IMG/VR virus record: IMGVR_UViG_3300025137_005045
Origin: a virus
Taxonomy: Duplodnaviria > Caudoviricetes
Reading direction: 5' to 3' (one strand)
DNA length: 64,000 bases
Below, piece after piece: positions 38,884 to 48,842 of the stretch; the stretch's first letter is position 1, and every line of letters begins with the position of its first letter. A program made the translations under genes and the position numbers. The notes beneath the pieces are model-generated. The model ran no database searches. It saw only the letters and a list, made by a program, of their open reading frames with translations, and was not told the DNA's origin.

Positions 38884-39921
38884 ATGGCATCTTTAGCAGA
38901 AATTCGAGCTAAACTCACACAAGCAGAAGCAAGAACATCAAATAATTCACAAGGTGGTGGCGATAACGCTATCTATCCACACTGGAATATCTCAGAAGGA
39001 GCAACATCTACTTTACGATTTTTACCAGACAGTGATCCAAACAATTCATTCTTTTGGGTAGAACGTAACATGATACGTTTACCATTTAATGGTATTAAAG
39101 GTGAAATGGATACTAAACAAGTACAGGTACAAATTCCATGTATAGAAATGTGGGGTGAGTCATGTCCAATTCTAGCAGAAGTAAGAACTTGGTTCAAAGA
39201 TAGTTCACTAGAAGAAATGGGTCGTAAGTATTGGAAAAAACGTTCTTACATATTCCAAGGCTTTGTAAGAGAGAATCCATTAGCAGATGATAACACACCT
39301 GAAAATCCAATACGTAGATTTGTAATGAGTCCACAAATTTTTAATATTATTAAAACAGCATTAATGGATCCAGAAATGGAAGAGTTACCAACAGACTACT
39401 TGCGTGGTATCGATTTCCGTGTTGTTAAAACACAAAAAGGTGGATATGCTGATTATACAACGTCAACATGGGCACGTAAGGAAACAGCACTTACAGAAGT
39501 AGAACAAGCGGCCATTGAAACACATGGCTTACATAATTTAAATGACTTTCTTCCTAAGAAACCAAGTGAAGTTGAACTTAAAGTTATGAAAGAAATGTTT
39601 GAAGCATCAGTAGATGGTAGACCATATGATGCAGAAAAATTTGGTGCATATTTCCGTCCATATGGAATGCAAGCACCAGCGTCAAGTGGAACCTCAGAAG
39701 CATATAGCACACCGAAAGCTACACCAGCAGTAACTGCCACAGCAGATGTAACTGCTAAAGCAGAAGTAGCACCGGCGCCTGCAACTGAAGCGACACCAGT
39801 AGCTGAAACAGCACCAGCACCAGTAGCTGAAAAAGCACCTGCAACTGAAGCGGCACCTGCGGCATCAGGGTCAAAAGCAGAAGATATACTTGCAATGATC
39901 CGTTCAAGACAGTCGTCTTAA
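38884..39921 (+). CDS. gp32: Single-stranded DNA-binding protein
   Basis: LRFLP, IPC.E.WGE.CPI, YWKKRSY.FQGFV, DFRVVKT.KGGYADY; start moved to ATG 38884 (SD AAGGAG). Confidence 0.85.
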   Translation: MASLAEIRAKLTQAEARTSNNSQGGGDNAIYPHWNISEGATSTLRFLPDSDPNNSFFWVERNMIRLPFNGIKGEMDTKQVQVQIPCIEMWGESCPILAEVRTWFKDSSLEEMGRKYWKKRSYIFQGFVRENPLADDNTPENPIRRFVMSPQIFNIIKTALMDPEMEELPTDYLRGIDFRVVKTQKGGYADYTTSTWARKETALTEVEQAAIETHGLHNLNDFLPKKPSEVELKVMKEMFEASVDGRPYDAEKFGAYFRPYGMQAPASSGTSEAYSTPKATPAVTATADVTAKAEVAPAPATEATPVAETAPAPVAEKAPATEAAPAASGSKAEDILAMIRSRQSS

Positions 39922-40004
39922 TAGATTAGATTATCGAGCGGTGGAAACATCGCTTAGATAACTACTGATAACGTAATATAAAGATATTGAATTAGGAGAA
40001 AGAG

Positions 40005-41132
40005 ATGGCTAAACCATTTGACGCAAGTAAATTTAGAAAAAGTATTACTAAAAGCATTCCTGGAATGAGTTTAGGTTTCAATGACCCAACAGATTGGATT
40101 TCAACAGGTAATTTTGCTTTAAACTATTTAATTAGTGGAGACTTTAACAAAGGTATTCCGTTAGGCAAGGTAACAGTATTTGCTGGAGAATCTGGAGCAG
40201 GTAAATCATATATTTGTTCAGGCAACATTATTAAAAATGCACAGGAACAAGGAATCTATGTTATCCTGGTTGATAGCGAAAACGCACTAGACGAAAGCTG
40301 GTTACACGCCTTAGGCGTAGATACATCAGATGATAAACTACTTAAATTAAACATGGCCATGATCGATGATGTGGCTAAAACTGTTTCTGAGTTTGTAAAA
40401 GAATACAGAGACATGCCTGAGGAAAATAGACCTAAGGTGTTATTTGTTATTGATAGTTTGGGTATGTTACTAACACCTACAGATGTTAACCAGTTTGAAG
40501 CAGGTGACATGAAAGGTGATATGGGTCGTAAGCCCAAAGCACTAACATCACTTGTGCGTAATACTGTTAACATGATCGGAGCACTTAATATTGGTATTGT
40601 GGCAACTAATCACACATACGCATCACAAGATATGTTTGATCCAGATGATAAGATATCAGGCGGACAAGGTTTTATTTACGCATCCAGTATTGTTGTTGCT
40701 ATGAAAAAACTTAAACTAAAAGAAGATGAGCTAGGTAACAAGATATCAGATGTTAAAGGTATCAGAGCAGGCTGTAAAGTAATGAAAACACGATATGCTA
40801 AACCATTTGAAGGTGTTCAAGTTAAGATTCCCTATTCAACAGGTATGAGTCCTTATAGTGGCCTAGTTGATATGGCAGAAAAAGCAGGCTTACTAGTCAA
40901 AGACGGTAACAGATTACGTTTCGGAGAAGCAGATAGCGAAAACGAAATTAAACAGTTTCGTAAAGCCTGGGAACTAAACGAGAACGGCTGTTTAGATAAA
41001 GTTATGGCTAGTTACGGAAAAGTAGCAGACGATATAAGTATTGAAGAAATGGAAACCATGGATGACACTGCCGTAGAACAGCAAGCACCAGAAGTTGTAG
41101 TTGAAACAAAGATGGCAGAGGAGGAAAAATAA
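40005..41132 (+). CDS. uvsX: RecA-like recombinase
   Basis: GESGAGKS, DSENALD, VIDSLG, TNHTY, SGGQGFIYASS. Confidence 0.92.
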   Translation: MAKPFDASKFRKSITKSIPGMSLGFNDPTDWISTGNFALNYLISGDFNKGIPLGKVTVFAGESGAGKSYICSGNIIKNAQEQGIYVILVDSENALDESWLHALGVDTSDDKLLKLNMAMIDDVAKTVSEFVKEYRDMPEENRPKVLFVIDSLGMLLTPTDVNQFEAGDMKGDMGRKPKALTSLVRNTVNMIGALNIGIVATNHTYASQDMFDPDDKISGGQGFIYASSIVVAMKKLKLKEDELGNKISDVKGIRAGCKVMKTRYAKPFEGVQVKIPYSTGMSPYSGLVDMAEKAGLLVKDGNRLRFGEADSENEIKQFRKAWELNENGCLDKVMASYGKVADDISIEEMETMDDTAVEQQAPEVVVETKMAEEEK

Positions 41133-41133
41133 A

Positions 41134-41403
41134 ATGTCTGAACCACTAGTAACAGCCTCTGAAGTGTGGCTAGCAGTTAAAGAACATATCTCAGATGAAG
41201 AACAAGCAGGTATTGATGTTGTTAATGCACTAATTGATAACTTAGGATTTGACGGAGAAGCAATTAAAGCTAGTGAATTAGGTCAAGACGAAGCTATTAA
41301 AAATGCAGTATCAGAATATGTGTTAGACGAGGAAGAAGAAGACGATGGTCTAGATACTTGGGGTGATGAACAGGATGATGAGGACGATGAGGACAACTAC
41401 TAA
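41134..41403 (+). CDS. Small acidic hypothetical protein
   Basis: MSEPLVTASEVW...DDEDDEDNY; start moved to ATG 41134. Confidence 0.65.
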   Translation: MSEPLVTASEVWLAVKEHISDEEQAGIDVVNALIDNLGFDGEAIKASELGQDEAIKNAVSEYVLDEEEEDDGLDTWGDEQDDEDDEDNY

Positions 41404-41855
41404 TGTGGTATAATAAAGTAGTTGATAATATTGGTAATTTACCTGATTTCATAATGTACTATCGAAATGAATTAGAAAGTGCCAAGAAAGATGTCAGTAT
41501 CTACGGATATGTGGAAAAGAATCTTAGTGATTTACCAGGAGTAACTGAACATCGATTTCATCAATTGCAAGAAATTGAAGCAGTGCTTAACTTTCTAAAC
41601 ATACAATTACGTAAAATTAGACGTAAGCACTTTCAGAAATATCTAGAAGCATATCAAAGAGCATTAACATCGAGAGATGCCGAAAAGTATGTTGATGGCG
41701 AAGATGAAGTAATTGAATACGAAACACTGATCAATGACATTGCTTTACTTAGAAATCAATGGCTAGGTATAATGAAAGGACTTGAAAGTAAAAACTTTAT
41801 GTTAGGACATGTAGTCAGATTAAGAGCCAGTGGCATGGAAGATATACAACTGTAA
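41403..41855 (+). CDS. uvsY: Recombination mediator
   Basis: KYLE.Y.RAL.SRDAEKYVDGE..V, GIMKGLE; near uvsX. Confidence 0.75.
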   Translation: MWYNKVVDNIGNLPDFIMYYRNELESAKKDVSIYGYVEKNLSDLPGVTEHRFHQLQEIEAVLNFLNIQLRKIRRKHFQKYLEAYQRALTSRDAEKYVDGEDEVIEYETLINDIALLRNQWLGIMKGLESKNFMLGHVVRLRASGMEDIQL

Positions 41856-42613
41856 TGTTTGAGACTCCGCAAGAAAGTCATATTCATTCACGTGAAATGT
41901 TGGATGTTATAGAAACCTTTTATGAGTTTATGATATCCGTTAATACTGTTGCTGATATGGGAGGTGGTGCAGGTCTAGATGCTGAATGGTGGGCAACCAG
42001 AGAAACAGATCCAGATGTTGACACGACCGGTAAGGCTCAGCCGTTAAATATTAAAACTTTTGTGATTGATGATCAAGCTAAGTTTGATGTTAAACACAGC
42101 AATGTTACTCATCTAAAATTAGATATGGAAAATACCGGATTAGATAGTGAACAGTATGACGTTATTACTAGCCATAACAGTTTTCAATATGCTCTTAACC
42201 CTATATCCACACTGCGACATTGGTGGGATTTATGCAACCTAAATGGTATGTTAGCACTACAGATTCCCCAAACCACAAATATCAAGTATAATCGCCATGA
42301 CATTTCAAATCCAAATAATGAATATCATCATTATACTCTGGTTAATTTAATTCATATGTTAGCAGTTAGTGGATGGGACTGTAAGTCTGGATTGTTTATT
42401 AAAGATCTACGTGATCCTTGGATCAAAGCAGTAGTTTATAAGGGTGAAGTCAAACCTCAAGATCCTAGAACTACTTCCTGGAGAGATTTAGCTAATTTAG
42501 ATCTGTTACCTGACTCAGCCGTGGAATCAATTAATAAATGGGGATATGTTAAACAACAAGATTTAATATTGCCCTGGTTTTCAGGACACGTAGGATCATA
42601 TAATAATCACTGA
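41855..42613 (+). CDS. Class I SAM-dependent methyltransferase-like protein
   Basis: VADMGGGAG, DMEN, YDVITSHNSFQY, NGML..QIP. Confidence 0.7.
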   Translation: MFETPQESHIHSREMLDVIETFYEFMISVNTVADMGGGAGLDAEWWATRETDPDVDTTGKAQPLNIKTFVIDDQAKFDVKHSNVTHLKLDMENTGLDSEQYDVITSHNSFQYALNPISTLRHWWDLCNLNGMLALQIPQTTNIKYNRHDISNPNNEYHHYTLVNLIHMLAVSGWDCKSGLFIKDLRDPWIKAVVYKGEVKPQDPRTTSWRDLANLDLLPDSAVESINKWGYVKQQDLILPWFSGHVGSYNNH

Positions 42614-42638
42614 ATAAACTACCCACATAAATAGTGAT

Positions 42639-43358
42639 ATGGACAAAACAGAAACTATACCAATATTCATTGGGTATGATCCAAGAGAAGCAATAGCGTT
42701 TCATACCTGCGTTAATTCAATTATAAGACATGCTACACAACCAGTAAGCATACATCCTCTAGCACTTAATCTGCTATCAGGATATGAGGAAACACACACC
42801 GATGGATCCAATCATTTCATATATTCAAGATTTCTAGTTCCTTACATGGCAGGATTTGTAGGACGAGCTATATTCATTGATGGTGATATGATAGTCAAAG
42901 ATGACATAGCAAAATTATGGAATGAAACGAAAAACTTTGGCTCTTGGGATGTCGCTGTTGTAAAACATGACTATAAGACCAAAATGCCTATTAAATATTT
43001 AGGATCCAAAAACGAAGACTATCCTAGAAAGAACTGGTCCAGCGTAATGCTTTTCAATTGCGGCAATGCACCTTGTAGAAAGTTAACACCTGAATTTATA
43101 CAAAAAGCAAAGGGTTCAGAGTTACATAGATTTGAATGGACAAAAGATGAACGTGTGGAAGAATTACCTAAAGAATGGAATTGGTTAGCAGAAGAATATA
43201 AAGATAATCCAGATGCTAAACTGGTTCACTATACCTTAGGAACACCTTGTTTTCATGAATTTGCTAATACCGGAATGGCCAATGATTGGCATCAAGAAAG
43301 ATTATTCACTGATTATTGTCAACAAAGGATTGATCTATTAGATGATACAGACCACTGA
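42639..43358 (+). CDS. GT-A glycosyltransferase (GT8-like)
   Basis: IFIGYDPRE, YSRFLVP, FIDGDM (DxD), KNWSSVMLFN, WN.L, HYT.GTP. Confidence 0.8.
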   Translation: MDKTETIPIFIGYDPREAIAFHTCVNSIIRHATQPVSIHPLALNLLSGYEETHTDGSNHFIYSRFLVPYMAGFVGRAIFIDGDMIVKDDIAKLWNETKNFGSWDVAVVKHDYKTKMPIKYLGSKNEDYPRKNWSSVMLFNCGNAPCRKLTPEFIQKAKGSELHRFEWTKDERVEELPKEWNWLAEEYKDNPDAKLVHYTLGTPCFHEFANTGMANDWHQERLFTDYCQQRIDLLDDTDH

Positions 43359-44220
43359 TATACTTTGTGTTAACAGAGTTGGACACGATAAAGAGCCTAA
43401 AAATAATCACAAGTTAGAAACAACAGCTATGTATAACTTTACTAAAGGTTGTCAAGGTTATCCAACCAGTTGGGACGAAGCTCAAAATTATCATGATAAC
43501 ACAATAATAATATATGGTGCGGCTATGGCTAGAGGAGTCAAACACTGCTGGGCAAACAATATTAACTTCTTCTACATTGACAACGGTTACATAGGCAATG
43601 TATTAAATAATAAACAATTTCATCGTGTAATACAAAATCACGTTCACGATATCAGACCAATAATCGAAAGGCCAAGAGATCGATTGGAAGATGTCATAGG
43701 GTTTTTAGAATGGACGCGAAGTAAAGGTAATCGCAGAGTTAATATAACTAATCCTAAAGATTTCTTAAAACCTAAATCTTTTAAACCAGGTCGTAATATA
43801 CTAGTTGCACCACCTAGCCAAAAAAGTTTTACATTATGGGATATTAATCAGGAAGAGTGGATTGATCAAACAGTTGCTGAAATAAAGAAACATACCGATC
43901 GACCTATTAGGATTAGATTAAAACGTGCCAGAGATGAAAGATTGGTTGAGAATACAATGGAACAAGATCTAGCAGACTGTCATTGTTTGGTTACATATAA
44001 TTCAGTATCTGCATTAGAAGCATTGATAAATGGTAAGCCAGCATTTACATTAGGTCCTAATGCCGCACAACATCTTTGTTATAATGATCTAGCAAAGATA
44101 GAAAATCCATACATACCAAATACCGACGAAGTTGACGCACTGCTAAGACATTTAAGTTACAGTCAGTTTACAAGAAAAGAAATGGCAAGTGGAGACGCCT
44201 GGGACATATTGAATGGCTAA
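43342..44220 (+). CDS. KpsS/KpsC-like (capsule-synthesis type) GT-B protein, paralog 1
   Basis: YIDNGY, ILVAPPS, IRLK, VTYNSVSALEALINGKP, HLSYSQF. Confidence 0.55.
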   Translation: MIQTTDILCVNRVGHDKEPKNNHKLETTAMYNFTKGCQGYPTSWDEAQNYHDNTIIIYGAAMARGVKHCWANNINFFYIDNGYIGNVLNNKQFHRVIQNHVHDIRPIIERPRDRLEDVIGFLEWTRSKGNRRVNITNPKDFLKPKSFKPGRNILVAPPSQKSFTLWDINQEEWIDQTVAEIKKHTDRPIRIRLKRARDERLVENTMEQDLADCHCLVTYNSVSALEALINGKPAFTLGPNAAQHLCYNDLAKIENPYIPNTDEVDALLRHLSYSQFTRKEMASGDAWDILNG

Positions 44221-45367
44221 CTACACAATCATCAATGATGATGAATTAGCTGTTTTTATTGCAGACCTACTCATTATATCCGGTTATAGAAGAGGACCCC
44301 ATTGGCATTTTTGTAACAAGATATATGCCAGTCACTATAATGGTACAAAACCAGTATATAATACATCAAAACATAAAGAAAGAATAGAGAAAGCAGTTAA
44401 ATCAGATTGTGATAGATGGCGAGACAAGATAATAAAAGAAAAAAGAACAAAATGGAAATTTGATAAAAGAAAGTTAGTGCATTTTGTTTTAAAAAATTTA
44501 GAAAAAATATGTAGTATATATGGTCACGGTAATCATCTTAAAGGTAAGCGTTTACTATTATCTAGATATTTAGATAGTCCGTTCGACGGGTATATGAAAC
44601 AATTATCTAATGCAATATACAATAAACCATCATATAGAACAAAAGAAACATACACCAACATAGAAAAAGATTGTTTAATTAGAAATATGCTGGACAATGA
44701 AGTTCTTTTAAAAAATAAAATTGATAACAAGTTTCCTTTTTGGTTTGTAGATAGTGGATATACTAACTTTACTCGAACTTCTGGTGTTAAAATATATCAT
44801 AGACTATGTCGTTCTGACATACATGCTGAAATACCTAAACATATTTTTCCAATGAACAGACTGTTACAGATGATATTCGATAATCGAGGTCTACTAAACG
44901 GATTTAAATTTCCTCGACATTGGAGAACAGGAGGGGATACCATAATAATAATACCCCCAAGTGAGCATATATGTGCAATTGGCGGATTAAATCAAGACTC
45001 TTGGATAAAGGCACAAACTAAAAAATTAACAAAACTTACTGATAAAAAAATAATAGTAAGAACAAAAACTGGTTCTAGAAAAACACGTACTAGCTTATAC
45101 GATGATCTACTAGATGATGAATCTGTGTATTGCGTGGTTGGATATAATTCAAATGCACTGACCGAAGCAGTATGGGCCGGAGTTCCTATAATTACATTAG
45201 GTAAGCACGTAACAAATCCTGTTAGTAGAAATAGTCTAGATAAAATTGATAACTTATATAGAGACGATGTCAGTCAGTGGCTTTGTTATCTAAGTTATAG
45301 TCAGTTTACCAATGAAGAATTGTTAGACGGAACAGCTAAAGAAATTATGGAGACATGGCATGTATGA
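44213..45367 (+). CDS. KpsS/KpsC-like GT-B protein, paralog 2
   Basis: FVDSGY, IIIPPS, VRTK, VGYNSNALTEAVWAGVP, YLSYSQF. Confidence 0.55.
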   Translation: MANYTIINDDELAVFIADLLIISGYRRGPHWHFCNKIYASHYNGTKPVYNTSKHKERIEKAVKSDCDRWRDKIIKEKRTKWKFDKRKLVHFVLKNLEKICSIYGHGNHLKGKRLLLSRYLDSPFDGYMKQLSNAIYNKPSYRTKETYTNIEKDCLIRNMLDNEVLLKNKIDNKFPFWFVDSGYTNFTRTSGVKIYHRLCRSDIHAEIPKHIFPMNRLLQMIFDNRGLLNGFKFPRHWRTGGDTIIIIPPSEHICAIGGLNQDSWIKAQTKKLTKLTDKKIIVRTKTGSRKTRTSLYDDLLDDESVYCVVGYNSNALTEAVWAGVPIITLGKHVTNPVSRNSLDKIDNLYRDDVSQWLCYLSYSQFTNEELLDGTAKEIMETWHV

Positions 45368-46268
45368 TGTAGTAGTCTATCTCTCAAGTTTACCTAGAAT
45401 AGCAGACCATGATCGTAAAGCACAAATATTAAAGGCATTTGCTGAAGGATGTCAGCGTGCTGGTGCGAATGTATTTGTTCAAACTGAATGTAAAGTAATT
45501 CCTGCACGACTAGGTGTATTCATTGGATGGTATGGACAAACATTCTCAGGACCCCATATTCATTTACGTAAAGCAGTGATAGATTGGGCACGTGACAATA
45601 AACAGCATTGCATGCCCATAGACGGATCCTGTTTTAAGTTTGCTGACCCTGAAAGCATGTATGTGCGATATAGTCTAGATGGTGTTTATTATAACGAAAA
45701 TGAGTATGCTAATAAAGGCAGTATTAGTACCAAATGGAATCAAATTAGATATGATCTACGCCTTCAAGGAATGAAACCATGGAAGACACCTGGACAGGGC
45801 AGTCATATATTAATATGCTTACAGCGTGATGGTGGCTGGAATATGAAAGGTACTAATTTGGACGAATGGTTGGCTAACACAGTTACCAACATTAGAAAAT
45901 ATACAGCTATGCCAATACTAATCAGGCCTCATCCAAAACGTAAATATAATTTACAAGGGTATGCTTCTCAACCTAATGTATTTGAAAGCGTGAAAGAAAG
46001 CACATTAGATCAAGATCTAGCAGGAGCTCACGCTAGTGTATTTTATAATAGTTCAAGTGCGGTCGCTAGTATACTGCAAGGAGTACCGGCATTTGTATCA
46101 GATGAGGATGCAGTAACTTGGGAAGTATCCAATCATAACTTAAAAAAAATACTAACACCTGATTATCCTGAGCGTAGTCAATGGTTGTATGATTTAGCTT
46201 CGTGCCATTGGAGTGATGAAGAATCCAAACAAGGACTGATCTGGAAACACTTTAAATCTTACTTGTAA
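45360..46268 (+). CDS. KpsS/KpsC-like GT-B protein, paralog 3
   Basis: ICLQRDG, IRPHP, FYNSSSAVASILQGVP. Confidence 0.6.
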   Translation: MYDVVVYLSSLPRIADHDRKAQILKAFAEGCQRAGANVFVQTECKVIPARLGVFIGWYGQTFSGPHIHLRKAVIDWARDNKQHCMPIDGSCFKFADPESMYVRYSLDGVYYNENEYANKGSISTKWNQIRYDLRLQGMKPWKTPGQGSHILICLQRDGGWNMKGTNLDEWLANTVTNIRKYTAMPILIRPHPKRKYNLQGYASQPNVFESVKESTLDQDLAGAHASVFYNSSSAVASILQGVPAFVSDEDAVTWEVSNHNLKKILTPDYPERSQWLYDLASCHWSDEESKQGLIWKHFKSYL

Positions 46269-46501
46269 GATCCAGCTATCTCCATTAGTTTTTCATGTGT
46301 ATGACAACCCGAATAACTGATGTATATTTCGGAATTTTGTAAACCTTTCATTAGATCAACTTGATGTAAATATGTGGTTAACAAGGCATGTATGTGACAG
46401 GTGTATTCAGTTTCAAAATCTAAAATAATTGAATTAGGCGTACATTCGTTGCTTAGGCTAATGCAAGTGCCTAATACATATCCCCAGAGTTCTATACCCA
46501 T
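46259..46501 (-). CDS. Small hypothetical protein
   Basis: 80 aa, short overlaps at both ends in the minus-strand operon. Confidence 0.45.
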   Translation of the reverse strand: MGIELWGYVLGTCISLSNECTPNSIILDFETEYTCHIHALLTTYLHQVDLMKGLQNSEIYISYSGCHTHEKLMEIAGSYK

Positions 46502-47139
46502 CCCATAACGATGTCATTACGAACACGACACAGTTCTTGAGCACCCCATCTGGTTAAATGTCCTAACGCTTCATAATCGTAATCAAACCCTACATCATCA
46601 TGTCCTTTTTGTTCAATGACCATTATGGGTTTATATTTTTTAAATGTTTCTATACCACCTAACAGAATATTTTCTTCATATCCTTCGCAATCTATTTTGC
46701 AATAGTCAAATTTAGGTAAATCTAAATCATCCAGTCTAAACATATCTATTGTGCCGTCGCCCATTGAGTTAACATCTACATGACTGTGTCCTGTATTCTC
46801 AGGAGTAATGATCATGTTAATTTTTGTTGTTTCATTACCTAACGCATGAGAACGCATATCAACCTTGGTCATGGCAACATTCTTTTTATAGCACTCACGA
46901 AAGTCATTGACAGGTTCAAATGCTATTACCTTATCAAATTGTTCAGCCATGTCTCGACTCCATAAGCCTACATTGGCTCCTATATCCAACGCTAGACCTT
47001 TGTGTTGCACAAACTCAAAGCTCTTACTTCTAACGGGTTCTTGATAAACTGCACCTCCGCCTCTTTTAATATTTTTAGTTAACATTCTGGCAAAATGAGT
47101 ATCGTAGTCTGGGAACCACCAACCGTGTTCCTGATACAT
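46492..47139 (-). CDS. FkbM-family methyltransferase
   Basis: ALDIGANVG, IAFEP, KIDCEGYE, P..VIE; start moved to ATG 47139 (TAATG overlap). Confidence 0.85.
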   Translation of the reverse strand: MYQEHGWWFPDYDTHFARMLTKNIKRGGGAVYQEPVRSKSFEFVQHKGLALDIGANVGLWSRDMAEQFDKVIAFEPVNDFRECYKKNVAMTKVDMRSHALGNETTKINMIITPENTGHSHVDVNSMGDGTIDMFRLDDLDLPKFDYCKIDCEGYEENILLGGIETFKKYKPIMVIEQKGHDDVGFDYDYEALGHLTRWGAQELCRVRNDIVMGWV

Positions 47140-47963
47140 TAAGGTTTCTCCCTTAAATTTGACCAATAAGGATGATCAGTATGCACGCCTTGATCTCTTT
47201 TATTACTGTGTCCTAAATCTTTACGTTTACCTTTGACATGATCTAGATACTGACCAAGGGCACTGTTAACAAAAGGATGTCCTGCAAAGCCTTTATTGTC
47301 AGGACTAGGATTTAAATTATAAAAAATATTGTCTGGATTCTGTCTATATTGTTTCCAAATAGTACTCCAAACGTAACTGTCGTGATATTCTTTTAAATCA
47401 AAAAGTTTATCTTCTGTATATTGCGAAACAAATTCGTTAATAAACAATCTGGTGTTAGGATGTCTTAAATTATACCCTACCCAACCACATTCTGGATGAT
47501 ATTTTTCGCCTCTACCTAGATATGTAATCATAGCATCGACAGGAGATACTGATCTCATAAATTCTACAGGAACAGGTGTGTGAGTAAGTGTGTCAGCATC
47601 GCACCATACTATCCAATCAGTTTCTGTTTTAATAGTTTTTACTGCTAGCTGTGTGGAAAATACTTTATAACAAAATCGAACAGCGTCCCATTTAAATTGT
47701 TTACGTGGATCCTGTGTTTTAACATCTTTACCGTGTGCTCGAAGATTATTTTTGTGTCGTTCAACAAACTCTCTACATTCTTTACTTTCGGCAAGTAAAT
47801 CAACTATCTTAACATTTGGTTTAGTAGTTTTAGGAGAACAGTTTTCGGTATACACAACAAGATCAATTTGATTAGGCCAATACTTTTCAAAAGTATCAAT
47901 CATTCTTTGACCATATTGTTTCATACCTTCTTTGTGAAATGTGGTAATCAGAGTATATTTCAA
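47139..47963 (-). CDS. GT-A glycosyltransferase-like protein
   Basis: RFCYKVF, VWCDAD (DxD), HDSYVW, DHVKG; minus late core 48014-48019. Confidence 0.7.
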   Translation of the reverse strand: MKYTLITTFHKEGMKQYGQRMIDTFEKYWPNQIDLVVYTENCSPKTTKPNVKIVDLLAESKECREFVERHKNNLRAHGKDVKTQDPRKQFKWDAVRFCYKVFSTQLAVKTIKTETDWIVWCDADTLTHTPVPVEFMRSVSPVDAMITYLGRGEKYHPECGWVGYNLRHPNTRLFINEFVSQYTEDKLFDLKEYHDSYVWSTIWKQYRQNPDNIFYNLNPSPDNKGFAGHPFVNSALGQYLDHVKGKRKDLGHSNKRDQGVHTDHPYWSNLREKP

Positions 47964-48023
47964 TTTTTTATACCTTGTTTATATATTTGGATACATATTA
48001 TTATATTAGCATATATTTATTCA

Positions 48024-48842
48024 ATGAAAACACTGACACATTTTTCTGCGTACACTTCACTAAACTCAAAGCCAGTTATGAGTGCTTTTTTGGAAAGTGC
48101 AAGTAAAAAATTTAAAGTATCTGAAGGCGATATGTCTGCAGACTGTGCTGTCATATGGTCATGTTTATGGGCAGGACGTATGGCTCCTAACAAACAAATA
48201 TATGAACACTTCCGAAGTCAAGGTAAGCCTGTAATAATAATTGAAGTGGGTGCTCTTAAACGAAATATCTCCTGGAAAATTTCAGTTAACAACATTACAA
48301 ATCAAGGATATTATGGGCATACTGAAAACTTAGATTGGGATCGTCCTAAACTGTTGGGTATTCAACTTAAAGAACAGACCGGAAACAACGGAAAAATATT
48401 AATAGCGGCACAGCATCATAAAAGCCATCAACTAGCTAACTTAAACAGTCAGGAAGATTGGATCATACAGCAGATTAAAACAATACAAGATCAAACAGAT
48501 AGAGATATAGTGGTTCGAAGTCATCCTAGATCACCCTTAGACATACCTAGTCAGCGACCTCGCAAGCTGGAAGGAACATATGATGACTTTGATTTTGATA
48601 GCAAATATTATTGTGTGGTTAACTATTCAAGTGGTCCGGGCATACAGGCCGCCATTATGGGAACACCAGTAATAACTAGTGAATACAGTCTAGCACATCC
48701 AATAAGTAATAACATTAATCGAATACGTCGACTAAAAAATAAAGCTACGGATCAATGGCTAACAGAAATAGCACATACCGAGTATCTGGTAGAAGAGATA
48801 GCTGACGGTCGTTGGATATCAAGATTGGAACCCACATTGTGA
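48024..48842 (+). CDS. KpsS/KpsC-like GT-B protein, paralog 4
   Basis: IIEVG.L, IAAQH, VRSHP, VVNYSSGPGIQAAIMGTP; start moved to ATG 48024. Confidence 0.55.
   Translation: MKTLTHFSAYTSLNSKPVMSAFLESASKKFKVSEGDMSADCAVIWSCLWAGRMAPNKQIYEHFRSQGKPVIIIEVGALKRNISWKISVNNITNQGYYGHTENLDWDRPKLLGIQLKEQTGNNGKILIAAQHHKSHQLANLNSQEDWIIQQIKTIQDQTDRDIVVRSHPRSPLDIPSQRPRKLEGTYDDFDFDSKYYCVVNYSSGPGIQAAIMGTPVITSEYSLAHPISNNINRIRRLKNKATDQWLTEIAHTEYLVEEIADGRWISRLEPTL

Noticed and set aside
39936-39953. AGCGGTG-GAAA-CATCGCT hairpin as a terminator after gp32
   Set aside because: No U-tract follows; more likely a stabilising or processing stem within the gp32-uvsX transcript
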